A stretch of 27,351 nt of DNA. Source: a virus (Duplodnaviria > Caudoviricetes). The translations under genes and the position numbers were made by a program. The notes beneath the pieces are model-generated. The model saw only the letters and a list, made by a program, of their open reading frames with translations, searched no databases and was not told where the DNA came from. Position 1 is the first letter of the stretch; the number at the start of each line of letters is the position of its first letter. Below, one piece after another: positions 26,258 to 27,351 of this stretch. The stretch is from positions 1-27,351 of the IMG/VR virus record IMGVR_UViG_3300016484_000374, one strand, 5' to 3'.

Positions 26258-26605
26258 ATGACAACGCAAAACGTAATTGATGCCATTAACAATGATATGA
26301 AAGGCATCGCACAATTGATGAGGGATTTTGTGCCTGATTCACATGACTATGTCAAATCATTTGATGAATGGCTTGACTCATCACGCGATGGCGTGCAATA
26401 TCATGGCAGATGGATTAAGGCATCCATTGCAATCAAATATGCAATGCCTGATGTATATGAAAGAGATTTGGAGCAATACACAAATGAGAAATTCATGCAA
26501 GACAAATTGACATCACCATCTTATTCAATGCTTGTTGATGATTGGCTTGACCTATTGGAAACTTTGAATGATTTGAAAACACAATTGGAGAATGAACATG
26601 CATAA
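26258..26605 (+). CDS. Early hypothetical protein
   Basis: GGAGCAGAGAC leader; 115 aa acidic helical protein. Confidence 0.7.
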   Translation: MTTQNVIDAINNDMKGIAQLMRDFVPDSHDYVKSFDEWLDSSRDGVQYHGRWIKASIAIKYAMPDVYERDLEQYTNEKFMQDKLTSPSYSMLVDDWLDLLETLNDLKTQLENEHA

Positions 26606-26774
26606 CGAATATGAATCACCCGCACAATTAAAAGAGGACAGAGACTATTGGAAGCACAGATATATTGAATATCGAAAGGATGTTGAATTCTTTGTGCTTA
26701 TTACATTGGCAGGTATTATGTTTATTGTAGGTGAACTAATTATCAACAGATTTTGGAGAGTGCCAATTGAATAA
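26598..26774 (+). CDS. Small single-TM membrane protein
   Basis: GGAG upstream; hydrophobic FFVLITLAGIMFIVGELII. Confidence 0.6.
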   Translation: MHNEYESPAQLKEDRDYWKHRYIEYRKDVEFFVLITLAGIMFIVGELIINRFWRVPIE

Positions 26775-27009
26775 AAAACAATGGATAACCACATCAGAAG
26801 CAGCAGAGTTATTTGGAGTCACGCAAAGATACATTCAGTTTCTTTGTCATGGCAGGAAAAGGCAAAAGGGAAAAAGTATTTGGTATGTTGAACCTAAATT
26901 GAAACACATCAAATATCAAATGTCAATCAAGAATAAACAAATGATGCTGATTGACAAGAATGAATTGGAATCACTATTCACAAAGGAGCATGAACATGCA
27001 AATCACTAA
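26767..27009 (+). CDS. Excisionase/MerR-like helix-turn-helix DNA-binding protein
   Basis: WITTSEAAELFGVTQRYIQFLC; TTG start with GGAG upstream. Confidence 0.75.
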   Translation: MNKKQWITTSEAAELFGVTQRYIQFLCHGRKRQKGKSIWYVEPKLKHIKYQMSIKNKQMMLIDKNELESLFTKEHEHANH

Positions 27010-27351
27010 GAAAGATGAATCATTGAAACTTGAATCATTCACCATCACAATCTATGGTGAAGCAGGAGCAGGCAAAACAACACTTGGCAATACAGCAAAG
27101 AATGCAATTGTCTTTGACTTTGATGAAGGGCATCAAAGATCAAAACTTTCTTCTGATGTTTTCGAGCGTGTATCATACAAGGAAATAGCATCTGAATCAA
27201 AATTGCGTGCATTATTATCAGGATATGATACAATTGTAATTGATACGGCAGGTGCAATGATTGATTCAATCAAGGACTATTTGATTGAAAAGAAACCACA
27301 ATTGGCAACACAGAAATTGCAGATGTATGGTGAAATCAAATCTGAATTCAC
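26996..27351 (+). CDS. AAA_24/Sak4-like P-loop ATPase, 3'-truncated by window edge (absent from the ORF track)
   Basis: Translated by hand: MQITKKDE...IYGEAGAGKTT (Walker A)...FDFDEG...YDTIVIDT (Walker B); AAAGGAG upstream. Confidence 0.85.
   Translation, partial: MQITKKDESLKLESFTITIYGEAGAGKTTLGNTAKNAIVFDFDEGHQRSKLSSDVFERVSYKEIASESKLRALLSGYDTIVIDTAGAMIDSIKDYLIEKKPQLATQKLQMYGEIKSEF

Larger units (their letters stand above)
1..27351 (+). mobile_element. Tailed dsDNA bacteriophage (siphovirus-like, HK97-type head) genome segment
   Basis: Contiguous, tightly overlapping + strand genes for terminase, portal, protease, capsid, tail tube and tape measure; no host housekeeping genes. Confidence 0.97.

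Noticed and set aside
26767-27009. Evidence of a temperate lifestyle from the excisionase-like HTH
   Set aside because: No integrase, repressor or att site in the window; this HTH family also occurs as a general regulator
1-27351. Stop-codon reassignment suggested by TAG scarcity
   Set aside because: Genes are full length and densely packed under the standard code, and terL ends at TAG right before the portal

Overview
The window is a co-directional (+ strand) stretch of a tailed dsDNA phage genome with an HK97-type head and a long non-contractile tail. No host genes or integrase are visible. Gene order: end of a GT2 glycosyltransferase and a terminator (1-564); lysis-like cassette with two membrane proteins and a YkuD/L,D-transpeptidase-like enzyme (721-1791); a cluster of fibre/adaptor genes (1791-4606); metallophosphoesterase, u-spanin-like protein, ParB/Srx protein and C5 DNA methyltransferase (4599-7493); terS, terL, portal-MuF fusion, prohead protease with an extra N-terminal domain, and major capsid (7493-13597); head-tail genes, a second GT2 inside the tail operon, tail tube, chaperone pair, tape measure and tail tip (13663-25432); then a terminator and an early region of small ORFs with repeated promoter/leader units, an HTH protein and a truncated AAA ATPase. 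TTTG-N20-TAnnTTTG promoters and D-[ST]-hydrophobic sequons suggest a Bacteroidota/FCB host. Best leads: possible phage-encoded virion glycosylation, a +1 rather than -1 chaperone frameshift, a modular fibre chain with a recently swapped tip, and a sequon-rich spanin. All family calls come from motif recognition by eye; no searches were run.
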